Shown: piece by piece, positions 41,466 through 57,229 of the stretch
Position numbering within the stretch: the stretch's first letter is position 1
How the letters are laid out: each line of letters opens with the position of its first letter
DNA from: Chrysomallon squamiferum
Lineage: Eukaryota > Animalia > Mollusca
DNA: 64,000 nucleotides
Direction of reading: 5' to 3'
Assembly: GCA_012295275.1 (NCBI GenBank)
Contig: CM022666.1
Span: 8,556,001 to 8,620,000 of the forward strand
Made by a program: the position numbers and the translations under genes
The notes under the pieces: generated by a model
Told to the model about the DNA's origin: nothing
Database searches by the model: none
What the model saw: the letters and a program-made list of their open reading frames with translations, nothing else

Positions 41466-41750
41466 TGTTGTCACCGTGTGGCGTAATTGTGTTTATGCCG
41501 TCATATCTAAGTTACGGTTACGGTTAGTTTTTTGTTGTCACCGTGTGGCGTAATTGTTGTGTTTATGACGTCATATCTAAGTTACGGTTACGGTTAGTTT
41601 TTTGTTGTCACCGTGTGGCGTAATTGTTGTGTTTATGACGTCATATCTAAGTTACGGTTACGGTTAGTTTTTTGTTGTCACCGTGTGGCGTAATTGTTGT
41701 GTTTATGACGTCATATCTAAGTTACGGTTACGGTTAGTTTTTTGTTGTCA
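41466..41750. repeat. 70-bp minisatellite, 4 copies
   Basis: Unit TTGTTGTCACCGTGTGGCGTAATTGTTGTGTTTATGACGTCATATCTAAGTTACGGTTACGGTTAGTTTT; copies 2-4 are identical. Confidence 0.95.
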
Positions 41751-41914
41751 CTCAGAATCTACACGATCGTGAGAAGAGTTTCAACAAAAATTGTGTGACC
41801 AGTTTGTGTATATACTTAAAATGTTAGTACAACAAAGAACTCAACAACAGCTAAAATAGTAACATTAAAAAAAAAAAAAAAAAAAAAAAAATACTAAATT
41901 TTTATCTTTATTGT

Positions 41915-41977
<63 letters not shown>

Positions 41978-44599
41978 TGTTGTTGTATAGTTATCATTAT
42001 TATTATAATTGCTATTAGTATTATTATTATTATTATTGCTATTACTGTCGTCATTGTTGTTCCTATTATTATTGTTGTTGTTGTTAATGGCTTAATGGCT
42101 ATTTTAATGATGTAAGATGCCATTCAACATATGTTTTTCAATAGATAGATAGATAGATAAATAAATAAATAAATAAATAAAAAAAAAAAGAAAAAAGAAA
42201 AGAAAAGAAAAGAAGATGAAGTAAAGAAAACAAATAACACATATGCTTAATTTAGTCTATTTAATACTTTTGGTTAAATTATATTTTTAGCAATCTAAAT
42301 ACTGTTTTAGAACTATTTATCTGTAAGCTATATAAACAAATATTAATAATAATTTCCTTTTATTATTATTTTTTTTTTTTTTATAACCTGTAGAATCATA
42401 GAGTAGACAAATGAATAACAATATTGTTTGCGCATGCGTAATGTGTTAACGTTAACTGATTAACGTCCGTGGCTTAATGATTATTTGAAACATCAAAAGT
42501 AGCCGTAAAAACTCATTCCTAATACGACATTATCACGGTAACCTTGGAAACCAATCTTCTTTTACTCTAGCTTGTTTATATGTGTATAAAACTAGCTAAG
42601 TGTATATGTATACGTACATAAATGTTACTTTATTGCGTATGTAAGCGCTGTAACTTAATACCTTACACATAAATGTTAATTAAAAAAATGCCCACTGATA
42701 TTCTAAATTTGGGTTCTCTTTCTGTCGGTATTATAAATATAATCCACGTTTGTATAAGCTTAGATTTTTTTTTATTTCCACAATCATCTCAGATTTGTAA
42801 TGAATTTTATGTGACACGTACCAAAGAATCGAGCATAAAGTACTTTTAAAAAAAAATGAAACACAGAGACACTAGCATAAACAAACACGCATACAAAACA
42901 CAAACGCGCGCGAACACAAATGAACACAGTACAAAAACATCTATATTTCTGTATATATATCTGTCTATGTGTCTGTCTGTCAAAAAAATATCAATGTCAT
43001 ATTTCAGATAAATAAATAAATAAAGAAAGAAAGAAAGAAAGAAAGAAAAAAATTATAAAGTTGTCAAGTGAAAATTTTAGGATGTATTTTACTAGTTCAA
43101 ATTCCATCCATTAATTCATTTTACTGAATGTATAATCATCAGAATTTATATTTTGAATTTTGCTTTAAAATAATCAGAAATAATATGAACTATCGAAGAA
43201 GTTAAAAATAAAAAATAATAATAATAAAAATTAGTCTAAACGCCATGCGATTTAGTTTTACTCACTTTAGGTGTCTTTTATTGAAAGTGGTCAGACTTGC
43301 GGTCAACGTCTTGTAATTATGAAAATCAGCTTTATCGTGTATTCGCTTACTTCAGCGACCGCGACTAATGATCCTTGTACACGCTCTAATAATCATCATT
43401 AGCCTCGATCATTTCAGATTTCAGAAAATACGAGTGACAAGTTTGACGGAATGCAAACAAGTGCACTGTTTGATAAATAATAATTATTTTGTTTTCTTCT
43501 GTTTTATTTCGTCCCTTGTGTACTCTGTATATCAGTGTCTCTGTGTGTATGTATGTGTGTAGTATGTATGTATGTATGTATATACATGTATGTTACTGTG
43601 TGTGTGCATGTGTGTATGTATGTGTGTGTGTGTGTATATGTATATGTTTGTCTGTGTATCTGAGTATGTATCTATGTATATATATATGTGTGTGTGTACG
43701 TATGTTTGTATGTATGCATGCATGCATCTAAGCATCTGAAATTTTTACCTCGAACAATGCCAGTTAAGAAAAGAAATTACTGTAATAGGGATGCCAAACA
43801 AATCAGCCTTCCAGTAATTACTGAAACCATTAAGCCATCTTACTGCAGTTTGAACAAGGAATCAAAATAATTAGGATAATAAATGGAGCAGTATTCCTGT
43901 ACTAGGCATGATGGCAATTAAGCTAATCGTGTATATTTATTAGTACGTGTGCTTATTGAAACAGCGACCTTCTGTTTTTTTTATTGTTATAAGCGGCTTA
44001 TCGGTAAAATAACGTCGTCGGTGTATGTGAGGTCAGCCCTATATGATTACGTCCTGTGACGGGTTTTTTTCGTTTTTTTGTTTTTGTTTCTTATTTTCTT
44101 TTTTCTTTCTTTCTTTTTCTTAATTTTCAGTTTGGTTCGTTAATTAGTTCATATGTGTTCTTCGTTTCAATTTTTTTATCTGCATTTTGGTATCAAATTC
44201 AAACATTCATAAATAAAAGGTTGGAAATGAATGAAAACTAAACTGAAATACACGCTTATTAAACAACATCCGTAAACCTCTATTCGATAAATGTGTAAAA
44301 AAATAATAATTTAAATTTAAAAAATTAATTACGTAAATTATAAAACGGTGGTTGAAGTTGGGTAGAAATAATGTTTGTCGTGTATTTGTCTTTTTTATTA
44401 TAACACTATTATAATCTTAGGATAATTAAAATTACTACAACACACGGAGAAACAAATTACTAAAGGTTTTTGCCTGACTTCAAATTTATAGTATCGTTTA
44501 AAACCAGCCCAAACGCCATTACATTTTGTTACTGTTTATGCAGCTGATATCAGGATTTTACAAAAAAAAAAAAAAAAAAAAAATGACGACGACGACGAC

Positions 44600-44636
<37 letters not shown>

Positions 44637-44984
44637 TAGTGGTAAATTTGCCCGTATATCAAATCAGTTTTCCCAAATGAAATTAATTGAAATATCATTA
44701 CTCCGTTCCAGCCCCAAAACCACCCCTATTTTTTTTCTTCTCAGCACTGTCCTGTGCACTCACTTTCTTAGGATCCATGGACATATGGCAAAATGCTGAA
44801 AAAAAATCGCGCAGAACACAACATAGATGTTTCTACAGCGAGGTAACCACGTGATGTAAACGAGTGAGACGCGGGGTGCTGGTGGATGTTGTGTTGTTCG
44901 TTGCGCCAATTAGCGGCGGCGTATCTGAAACTTGCTTGTGTCTCGGATTTTGCTCGCAACTCAAAGCAAAAAATGGACCGATCC

Positions 44985-45040
44985 ACTGCTCGTAACTCCG
45001 AAAACTCGTAAGTTGGAGCACTCGTAACTCGAGGACCACT
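44985..45040 (-). mobile_element. pogo/Tigger-like terminal fragment
   Basis: Reverse complement reads agtggtcctcgagttacgag...cttacgag...gttacgag, with the repeated TTACGA subterminal motif seen in pogo-type MITEs. The other end was not found. Confidence 0.35.
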
Positions 45041-45061
45041 ATAATAATAATATTATTATTA

Positions 45062-45395
45062 CAGGAACCGGACCAATTATCCGGACTCCTTGGGGTCTGA
45101 GGCTTCCGGATTTCTTGATTTTCCGGTTTTCTGGTACCAAGGCATCTAAATATGTAAATATTTAGGCATAAACATTTTAAAATTAAAAACAAAGAAAATT
45201 GTACGATACACAACTGTGGTGACTCGACACGTAAACAATGCGGCGAGTGAATGAACGCCACGCGGCTTGAACGAGTAGTTCCGTTCTGCCGAGGACAAAA
45301 CCCGCCATCGAAGTATGAAAACACAGTCGGGAAAAAACTTCCGGTTTTCTGGTCTTTCCGGATTTCAGGAAATCGGATAATTGGTCCGGTACCTG
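45062..45395. mobile_element. Tc1/mariner-pogo-type MITE with TA target-site duplication
   Basis: TIRs CAGGAACCGGACCAATTATCCG and CGGATAATTGGTCCGGTACCTG (one mismatch), TA on both sides, internal repeats of ttccggttttctggt and ttccggatttc. Confidence 0.85.
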
Positions 45396-45538
45396 TATTA
45401 TTAAAGTAGAAAACAAATATGATGCCTCAGCCAGTATAGATATTTTTTATTACTCTAAATATCATTTCTATTAACAATTGTACTCAGTTCGTAAAAGATA
45501 TTTACTCTAGTCAAAATTAACCAATAATAATACAAAAA

Positions 45539-45589
<51 letters not shown>

Positions 45590-45956
45590 TAATTAATTAA
45601 TTAATTAATATTTCATTTTTCCAGATAGTAAAACTCTTGGACAAACAGTCCTTGAAAAAACAGTTTTCTTCATTTTGCTACGATATGATCTTTCAGTGTT
45701 AGTACAAGAATAACGAGATTACTTTCGCTTAATAAATCGGCCACGTTTTCATTTCCATTACCATCTTTATGGCAGCTGTCACAGTAGACTAATTCTTTTC
45801 TTTCTTCGTCATTTTTTACTTAAGGGAGGCAAGTAGTAATGTCAGTACGGCAGAAATTATTGCAACATATAATTTGTATAAATAAAAAAAAAAAAAAATA
45901 AATAAAAAAAAAAAAAAAAAAAAATATAAAATAGTATTAATAATAATAATAATAAT

Positions 45957-45992
<36 letters not shown>

Positions 45993-46528
45993 AAGCAACA
46001 ATAAACAACAATAAGCAACAACAACAACAACAACAACAACAATAATAATAATAATAATAAAGACAGAAAGAAGAAGAAACCACTACTATCATAACTATAA
46101 CTACAACAACTTCTACGTCCTCTACACTTACTCCTACTACAGTTACTACTATTGCTACTATTATCATTACTACTACGTCTACGCCTATAGCTATTACTGC
46201 TACTGCTGCTGCAACTTTTACTGCTACTACGGCATCCAGTTACTATAACTCTGCTACATCTCTTCCACGCCCCTCACTGCTACTTTGTACATTTATTTAT
46301 ATCGCTAAATTTAGTAATAATAAACACGAATAATAAAAGCAATGATGATGACAGTGAAATGATGACGATGATGACAATAATGAGTAACAAGAGCAATGAT
46401 AATATTAATAACAACATCAACAACAATAATAATAATGATGATAACAATGACAATGACAAGTAGCAATAATAATATCAATAACAACAATAATATAAATAAT
46501 AATGATAATAATAATGATGATGATGATT

Positions 46529-46596
<68 letters not shown>

Positions 46597-47454
46597 CAAC
46601 AACAATAATAATAAAACAGGAAGTAGGAAAAAAGAAATAAAAAGAAGATAAAAGGTTGAACTCACGCTCAAGTGGAAACTGCAGCCTGAGATAGGTCAGA
46701 GATAAAACAAACACGTTTTAACGAAAACAGTCTTTCAGCGACACGGCTCCGAGGTCAGACTCGAGCATTCCGCCTCGTCTTCAAAAAGCACTTATCAATA
46801 TTTATAAAACAACAAAACAAACAAAGTGGCAATTAAACTGTTTTTCATGAAAAATCTCTCACCGCCATTTACAGGTGACAGTTTTTATTTCCAAGTAATC
46901 ACACTCCTTATCTCTGCAGCCCCCCGCCCGTGTTGCTAGACTACTGCACGAGCGAGCGTGCTAGGTGCGCGTGCTTCCCGCGAGCGTCAGTCCGTGCTGG
47001 TCTCATTAAGGGTGGTGCCGGAATCGTCGTCGTTGGCGAGTTTACCTACCCGCGCCAACACGGCTGCTACGGATGAAACTTGAAACCAGCAACATGTACT
47101 ATCACGACTTTGTGTTTCCTTACCAAGAAAGATGGAAAAAAGAACGAGTTTGTTTTTGACTCGCTATAGCACTTCTTTAAATACACCCTCATTTTAAAAA
47201 CAAAATTAGGAGTCTCTCTCTCTCTCTCTCTGAGGTCAGTAAGGGTGTGAGAAAAAAATAAATTGTTAAAAAATATGTTTGTTTTTTAAAAGAAGAAGAG
47301 AAAAAAGTTGGTGTAGAATATTTGTTTCTTAAAAGATGAAGATGAAGAAAAAACTGTCTGCTGAGTGTAAGATGATAAAAAGGGTTTATGAGTCATTGCT
47401 GGGGTAGATGTTTGTAGAATTCTGCAAGTCAGGTTGACAGAGTATGAAACTAAT

Positions 47455-47547
<93 letters not shown>

Positions 47548-47627
47548 TGTGTAGAGATACAGATTTAAAAAAGTTAGAAAGGAGCAAGAGATGTCGTTAG
47601 ACAGAGAAAACTATATCCATCTGTCTG

Positions 47628-47679
<52 letters not shown>

Positions 47680-47988
47680 GATAGATAAGTAGATAGATAG
47701 ATAGGCATGTATAGTATAAATAGAAAAGTAGATAAATATAGACAGATAAGTAAATATATAAATAGATATATAGAAATAGACATATAAGAGTATGTGTATG
47801 TATATGTGTGTGTATATGTATATATAGATAGATTTTTACAGATAAAGAGATATAGATAGATAAGTAGAAAGATATATATATATGTCATACTGACAGCGAA
47901 ATTGTTCAATATGTTGAATCAAATATATTAAAAATAATAAAAATAATAAATAAATAAATAAATAAATAATAATAAAAATAAAAGACAA

Positions 47989-48050
<62 letters not shown>

Positions 48051-48582
48051 TACAACCCACTAACTTAATCAATAAACAAGATAGAAAATAATATAAAAGT
48101 TCATGAATTTACACTGAGAAGAAATCTTAGAAACTTCAAGAAATAAAAAGTCATTAAAAAAAAAAAAAAAAAAAAAAAATCTTCTTAACCACAAAAAAGT
48201 GGTCTGACTTCAAACGACTTTGCCACACAGTAACCGCCATTAAACACACAACGAACGACGTCAGCAGTACGACACCGTATCCGTGTAAAACAAATACAGC
48301 GTGATCACAACGTCGTCGTGGGCGAGGCAAGGTTAAAGTCGTGGTGTTAGATTACGCCGCCAATGCGTTAAGTAAACCTTGCGACTGTTGACAGAAGAAC
48401 TTTCGACGAGGTTCGCACGGAAGAGGTGGGAATAAAAGAAGAAAACGAAAGCAGCAGAAGTCATATTTTTTGATAACGTGATATGGGGGTAAAGCAGGTT
48501 TCAGTAAATACATTTGAGGAAAGACGAGATTGTGTGATAGCAAGACGAGATCGTATCAAGATTTCCATATCTTTCGCGGTTC

Positions 48583-48651
<69 letters not shown>

Positions 48652-48664
48652 GTAATTATATGTG

Positions 48665-48706
<42 letters not shown>

Positions 48707-48919
48707 TATGATTTATAACGCTGATAATGACCGGACTATTATTTTCAAATGTTGACGAAACTATATAATAAAGTGGAGTTGTCTCCCTTATACCGCTTTT
48801 AAATAAACAGAATCGCTGTCGACAACAATAAACAGATCAGTTTGGTTAGTAATACGCACGCACTCATGCCTTTATATACTTATGTATATTTTGCTTATAT
48901 ATCTAGATATATTTTTATC

Positions 48920-48977
<58 letters not shown>

Positions 48978-50107
48978 GATGGAATCAAGATTTTTTTTCA
49001 CTGTGTGTGTGTGTTTGTGTGTGTGTCTTTGTAGGCGTGTGCGGATATCGTGTGCATGAATGTATGAAGATGTATTTGCGTGTGAAAGATGAAGAAGAAA
49101 AAACGAAATCGAGAGAGAAAGACATAAAAATTAGACAACAGCTTCTACAGACTTTGTGAACAAACTCAAACATACACCTTTTTTTTGGACGTTAAATTCA
49201 CAATCGATCCGTAACTACCAATTATTTATTAATCATGTTTAAGATATGCGGCGATGGGAATGGAACTCCAGTCTTAAAATTTCCATTTTCTCAAGCTGCT
49301 GCGAAATCCCACAGCATTATCCATCAAAGATTTACATCCAGATAAAAATAATTATAATAAGAAGAAATTTCAGAATCAACAAAGACTTGTTTATCATTTT
49401 ACATCATCTCTCCCTGGAAGAGAATTATAAATTAGGCAACAACTTAAAAAAGAAGACTCAAGCATGACTGCAGCCATGTTTGGAATATCGGTCACGCTCG
49501 ACCGATCTCGTAAATGCAATTTATTGTGTCGCTTTTGAAAACGTTGATTAGAAATAAGAACTTTAGATTGAAGTCTTAACTTCTATTCTGTTCACTGACG
49601 TCGTCTGCTCGCTGGAGCGGCGTGTAATTCGGGACGGGCGCTTTTGAAGACGAAACGAGCCCAACACGTCGTTATTTCCTCAGACGCGGTTCACGTCATC
49701 CATACAGCGACCACAAGACGAACTAATGACAGCTAATACCCCTCGCTGAATGTTGTCGCGTTCCACTGACGCAGATGAATGACGAGAGAGTCTATATTAA
49801 AAAAAAATATAATTATTTTGTGGAGTAATTTTATCTTGTACCTATCAATTAGACATGCGCTGGGAAGCGGTGCGCGGAGAAACATGACGGAATGTACGTA
49901 AAGGAAGAACGCGGCCTGAGAACACAGTATACAACAAACCAAAAAACTAAATAAAAAACTAATAATAATAATAAAAATAATAATCAAAGTTAGGAATAAT
50001 AGTAATATTAATAATAGTAAGAAGAAGAAGAAGAAAAAGAAGAAGAAAATCAACAACAATACAAATGGAAAAAAGACTGAATACAAATACATAGGCAATA
50101 CAACAAT

Positions 50108-50254
<147 letters not shown>

Positions 50255-51567
50255 TAGATACATAAATACGTACGTACATACATTGGTAGATACATACGTA
50301 TAATATTTTGTTATGTAATATACAGAGGTATGCGACAGTTACATATATATATGCATATATATTATGTAGTTATGTACGTATGTATGTATGTACACACACA
50401 GACACTCACATATATACATATTCCTACATATATATATATATATATTTGTAGCATCAGTTTATATAAAAGCTTAAATAAGCGTGGGAACACACACACACAC
50501 ACACACACACGCATACACTTATAGGGACATACACACCACGCAGACACTTATACGGACACACATACAGAACACACACTCACACATACAACACATCTCTTCA
50601 TGGTTTTATTAAATGTGAAGTCAGGTGTAAATATTTACAGGCTGGTAACACAGCGACGAGGAGAGTGGGTACACGGCGACTTTGCGGCTTTGTGGAATGT
50701 GCTGATTAACTTTTACTAGTCTGGAGATACCTGTTATCGTAGTGGCAGATTTTCCACCAAGCTGATTTGAAAAATTATTTGTTAATTTCCTTATTTCTTG
50801 CCATATTTGTTTTTCTTTTGTTTTCTTTTTCTTTTTTTTGTTGCGTTTTTCGTGACTGAATCTCTGTCTACCATTGTTTATTTCTTTAACATTAAATTTA
50901 GTTATATTGACAAAATCAACTATCGAAGTGAGATAGAAAGACAGAAAATGAATCGTAGAGAAACACGTAGAAAGACGACACAGCGAGAAAAAGATAAACA
51001 GAGGAATGGAGACATTTACAGTTATATACGATAGAGAACGAGAGAAAAAGACACATATACAGCGAGACAAACGACAAAAAGAAAACGATGGAGAGAGAGG
51101 GGGAAAAAAGAGAGAAATTAAGAGAAATATATATAATAAATAACCGTACACAAAAATTCGGATCGTAAAGAGAAATCAGATTCTGGGTGTTGAACTGAAT
51201 ACCTACCGGTCTTAATACTGACTCTAACCACTGCACTTGATGTACTCACGTGTTATTTCACAGAGATACAATTTATCATATTTGGCCGGGTAATCATGTG
51301 ATATTATTTCTGACGTTTATTAATATTAGTAGTAACTTTAATATAACTTTCTGTGTCAGGTAATAAGAATTTGTTAAATCTGACAACAGAAAATCATTGG
51401 TTGTTAAGGAGCTTTTGTTTATCTACGTCTTCCAGATTTATCTCACACCTCATATACCAGACAAGATAAATCTAGTTAAATATAAACATGTATTAGGCAG
51501 TTTATCGATGATATATTACATATAATTTTAAACTTACATATATGTATGTATATATGTGTGTATGTGC

Positions 51568-51598
<31 letters not shown>

Positions 51599-53224
51599 TG
51601 TATGTATTTATGTATGTATGTATGTATGTATGTATGTATGTATGTATGTATATACACAGACATAAATATTAAAAATACGTACAATCATACATATACACAT
51701 ACACATGCGTACATTCATATACATATACACAAACAGGCGTACACACACATACACACTCATATATACACACTCATACATACACAACAGATACACACAGTCA
51801 AATGCACGCAAGCACGCACACACAAAATAATAATAAAAAATAACTCAATGAAACAACAACACCACATCACGTACCACACACACACAAATTATTACCACAA
51901 AACAACAAAACCCAAACAATACTGCAACCCGAAATGACGTAAAAGACATCACCAAACAAACAATTTTCTTTACATTTATTCAGACTATGATCACATCTGC
52001 CTCTAAATCTTCTGCCATCTTCATTTCATTATCGAAAGAAAAAAAAGAGTGAGAGATCAGGAAAAGAAGTAAAACTAAATCTCTGAGAGAATACGACGAA
52101 CATGAAATCAATTTACTCTAAATTTAAGATCTCTGAAGACAATCGGAAAAGCAAACATTGTTCAATTTAAAGACATTTGCTGCGAGTGAAAATCCTTATC
52201 TTCTAGGTAAATGTTCTTTAGAAGTTTCGCCGGCTCTTCAAAAGGTTTTCAATTTCGCGTAATTGCCCAGTATGTACTGTTCTTCTTTAACTAACTTCAG
52301 TATCGACATCTTGAAAGGAATCTGTTTCAGAGCCACGTGATCGAGGCCGGAAGCAGACTGCACGCGCTGCACGTTCTCGTAAAGACGTTTTAAAAAAAAA
52401 AGCCGATACTGTTCAGGCGGTGTGAGACTGCTAGGTGGAGTGTTTGCAGGTTGAAACGTAACCGTGTCGGTGATGATGTGGAAACTTTTCACAAACTGAT
52501 TTTTATACGTAACACCAACTCAGACGCGAATCTTCATGAATGTACAACAGATTTATACCTCAGCCAATGTCCTCGATTATCAAAATTAGCTATACCACTT
52601 TTTAAATAAGAACTTTTACATTTCATATACAGCAGGTGGAATGATAAAAAAGGCAATAGGTGCCATTATTGGTAATCGAGCCTTGGTCAACCATACAACA
52701 AGCGAGTTTGGATCCACCTATTACACCCGTTATTATGGTCACACTTATTGCCTCCATTTATTACAGATCCACTTTTTGTCCCAATTTATTATGGATCTAA
52801 TTTTTATTATTATTATTATCTTTTTTTTTTACCCGTTATTAAGGATACACTTACTGCACCCAGTCCTGTTCAAATTATATCTCTGTTTTGACTACCGCGG
52901 AAATAAAATCACAGTTATTTTAAACCATAAGCATAACACAGGAATGTTGTTTCAAAATATCATTGTCAGGTCCCAGTTTACTCAGCCAAGTCTTGCAAAA
53001 ACAAAATCTGCCAAAGGTAATTTCAAAATTGGCTCCTTGTTTCACCGATCGCACCCGATGACACGGAAAAGCGCGGGGATTGTCACGTGGCACGTGGTCC
53101 TGGTTGAAATCGACGATTTAATGTTGTAATGGACATCGTCAAGGTAAATATAAATTGTTGTCTTTGTCAACACGCAGGTAAAATAATCTACGAATCAGTC
53201 GATCGAAGCATGGACGACAGCAGA

Positions 53225-53800
53225 AAGAATGACTGAATGACAGAATGAGAGTGAGTGTGAGAAAGTGAGAGACTGACTGACAGAGTGAGAGTGAGAGTGT
53301 GAGAAAGTGAGAATGAATGATAGAGCAAGTGTGTGAGAAAGTGAGAATGATAGACTGACTGAGTGACAGAGTGAGAGTGTGAGAAAGAGAAAGTGAGAGA
53401 CTGAATGACAGAGTGAGAGTGAGAGTGTGAGAAAGTGAGAATGAATGATAGAGCAAGTGTGTGAGAAAGTGAGAATGATAGACTGACTGAGTGACAGAGT
53501 GAGAGTGTGAGAAAGAGAAAGTGATAGACTGAATGACAGAGTGAGAGTGAGAATGTGAGAAAGTGAGAATGATAGACTGAGTGACAGAGTGAGAGTGAGT
53601 GTGTGAGAAAGTGAGAATGATAGACTGAGTGACAGAGTGAGAGTGAGTGTGTGAGAAAGTGAGAATGATAGACTGAGTGACATAGTGAGAGTGAGTGTGT
53701 GAGAAAGTGAGAATGATAGACTGAATGACAGAGTGAGGGTGAGTGTGTGAGAAAGTGAGAATGATAGACTGAGTGATAGAGTGAGAGTGAGTGTGTGAGA
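53225..53800. repeat. GA-rich compound minisatellite (~48-bp unit with higher-order duplication)
   Basis: Repeats of gagaaagtgagaatgatagactgagtgacagagtgagagtgagtgtgt. Confidence 0.85.
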
Positions 53801-54279
53801 AAGAATGTTACATGTCTGTAACAATCATATTCATTATCTCTTTCTTTCTCTCCTTCCTATAAATCTCTATCATTTAATCTTTATGACTCATTTTCTCATT
53901 CAGTATATCCCTCTTTCTCTCACGCACTCTCTCTATCTCTCTCTTTATCGCTCATTCCTTCTCACACACTCACTCTCTCACTATCACTCACTCAGTCTAT
54001 CACTCTCGTTTTCTCACAAACATAAAGAAAAAAAAGACAGAACAGACATAAATAGTGAAAGATACAAAATAGACACAAAATCGGTTGTTTATTTATAAAC
54101 ACTACAAAAACAAACCATTCACAAAATCTGATCTGGCGCTAAAATAAACTATGGAAAACAAAAAAACAGCAACAAACAAATATACAAACAGACCAACAAA
54201 CAAACGAACAAATAAATAAATACATAAATAACAAATATGCGACCAAAGTATGAAACCAACCAACCAACAAACAAACAAA

Positions 54280-54310
<31 letters not shown>

Positions 54311-54533
54311 ATAGCAGTTAAAAAAAATAATAATAAAAATAATTTTTTTTTTTATTATTAAATTAGACGATAATAATCCTGATAATCTGTTTTATTTACC
54401 TACAGTTTGACAAGTGACAGTTTGATTATAAAACTCGTTTTATTAGTCATCCGAGCCTACGATTTTATTAATAGAAACACTTTACGTGCAGGAGAAAATA
54501 TTCTAAAATAATCTCTCAAAATGTGACAGATAC

Positions 54534-54614
<81 letters not shown>

Positions 54615-54834
54615 GACAGGTAGACAGCTAGGTAATTAGACACCTTGGTTAAAATTAAACAAACAAAACAAAAACAAAAATATTTTGGAATATAATATAC
54701 TCATTTTAACAATACCACACTTCTACAAATGATAAGACAGAGGAAACACAATTAGCAGAAAGTGTTCTGTTATACACACGCAATAGGAGAACGCATACGA
54801 GGTACTTTGATAAATCATTTACAGAAGTAACTGG

Positions 54835-54900
54835 ATTGTTTCCCCGAAGGGGATTCGAACCTACTGCCCACCATGTCCTGTACAAACACTACATTCTGCC
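54835..54900 (-). mobile_element. Possible tRNA-derived SINE remnant
   Basis: GGTTCGAATCC B-box on the minus strand (ggattcgaacc near 54851). No cloverleaf or clear A-box. Confidence 0.3.
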
Positions 54901-56084
54901 TTCTCGTCACTGAAAGTTTTAAAATATCTCGCATTTTCTCTTTAATGAGGGCGAGGGATGAAATCTCGAGTATGTGGTCAGGACAAAACTGGGTGGGGGT
55001 CTCTCCACCCAGTTACTCAACTCTTGTTTGTAAACAGGTGTTGACCAAAGGTGACACACGTGTGACTAGGGAAGAGACATCGGGATCAAGGGGTGGGGAA
55101 TTTCCTACAGGAGCAAAAGTGATCCCTTAACACCTGTCGAAGGGTTTAAGAGGATTATGGGATTAGCGGATAAGCCGTTTCAGTCGCGCAGAGTGTAGCG
55201 GTGGGGGAAATGTTACAACACTTTATGCTGTGTTGAGAGAGAAGCTGTTTGGTTGTATATGTGACAATACCAGGAATTTTATAGTTACATTCAAAACCGC
55301 AGTAGAAGTGAAATATCCAAGTTTTAGTAAATTTAGCAGCATACACGTGCCTATATAAACACATTCATGCACGAGTGGGCGCTTTCACACACACGCACAA
55401 ACATGTATGTGTACATTATATAATACATACACATACATACACAGATATAAATAGGAAGATAGTTAATATACTCAAATGTTTATTATGTGTTTCACGTACA
55501 TATTTTCATAGATAAACCTATGTATATATATATAGAGAAAGAGAGAGAGAGTGTCACTGAAAAAGGAGACATTAAAAAGAAATAAATACTAACAATGATA
55601 AAATAATTTAAAAAAGAAATAAATAACAAAATAAGGAAAAGATTAAGAATATAATTAAACTAGAGGTAAAGAGAATAGAAAATATAGTAATATACAGTTA
55701 CAGAGATCAAGGTAACAAAGAAAGAAAGAAACAACAAACAAACAACAAACAAACAAACAAACAAACAAACATATAATAAATAAATAAATAAATATTTTCA
55801 AAAGTCTAAATGTCATTGAGTTAGATTTTACGAAAATTCTGAATACACGAGTTCTCTCCCTTCGTACGTTAATTTACAATATTTTGTAGGAGCAAAGTTG
55901 CACAGGAGTATTAGTGTGTGCATGTAAAAAACAGAACAGCTACAACAGTACCAGCAATAGCATGACCATTGATTTGAACAGAAAACGTACGTGCGTTTGT
56001 GTGTGTGAGATGTTTGTATGTACACATCTAACTATCCGTGTATGAGTTTATGTATATAAAAGTATGTGTGTGTGTATGAATATA

Positions 56085-56137
<53 letters not shown>

Positions 56138-56568
56138 ATGTGTTTGTGTGTGTATAAGAGTATATGCATGCGTCTGTCTTTCTGTCTCTCTGTAAGTATG
56201 TGTCTATGTAAGTATAACAACTACACTTCTGTCTGTCTGTCTGTCCACACTTTGATAAGAACTACGACATTTGCACGGATCACTGCGACGGCACCTGCTG
56301 GCTTCCACCGCGTCGCCGTCACCGTCATCAAAGTGGTTACGGCTGGATGCTTGGGGAACATCAACAACGACGTCTACATGCATGGGTTGTCACCGCAAGA
56401 CGGTGATTAACGTGGACACGAAGGGAGTAACTCTATTGACTTTAATTGAAAGCTTTTGTCGTAATCACTGCAATTATATCCACGTTTATGGTTCGCCTAA
56501 TTTCTTTGCCGTCCGAGGCAACTCTATAATTATAGTCATAAGGTTCTGAAGAAAAAGAATAGCAGAAT

Positions 56569-56629
<61 letters not shown>

Positions 56630-57155
56630 GAATTTAAAAAAAAAAAAAAAAAAAAATTCTTCTTAAAAAGTTATTCAGAAATGTGACGTTGATTAAAGAC
56701 GATGTTTTAAGTCGCAGTGTAACGATGTGGGATATTGTGCTTAGCGTTTGAACAATGGTTTCGTTTCGAAGACAATTTTCCAAGCCGAAGCGTTTATTAA
56801 TTAGCATGAAACGCGGCGTATAGCTGGCAGCGAGGCGGCGCACCGTCGTGAAGGGAAATACTTAAAGGAACTTCTGCTTCCTGTTTGGGGAGGATTTCGT
56901 AATTATAATTAATAACGTTTTGGGGGATGTTAATGCCTGGTTCAGTGCTTGATACTTTACTGTTAATTACCAGACACGACTGGTTAGTTTGCTGATAAAG
57001 TGAACAGATATTTTTATTAATTCAACAGCAGAAATTAGACGTTGTTGCAGTCGTTGCTACGAGGTCTATAAAATGGGTCAACGATTTCTACAACAACTAC
57101 TGCTGTAATAAGTTTAATGATGATAACAATGATGATGGTTATTATGAAGATGATA

Positions 57156-57229
<74 letters not shown>

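Noticed and set aside
52641-53129. 162-aa ORF
   Set aside because: Low-complexity composition, no motif and no supporting structure.
53139-53824. Ser/Leu/His-rich minus-strand ORFs
   Set aside because: Derived from the GA-rich minisatellite.
54835-54900. tRNA gene
   Set aside because: Only a B-box-like word is present; no cloverleaf can be folded.
56265-56410. GC-rich exon-like segment
   Set aside because: No frame gives a recognisable motif and the splice boundaries are unconvincing.
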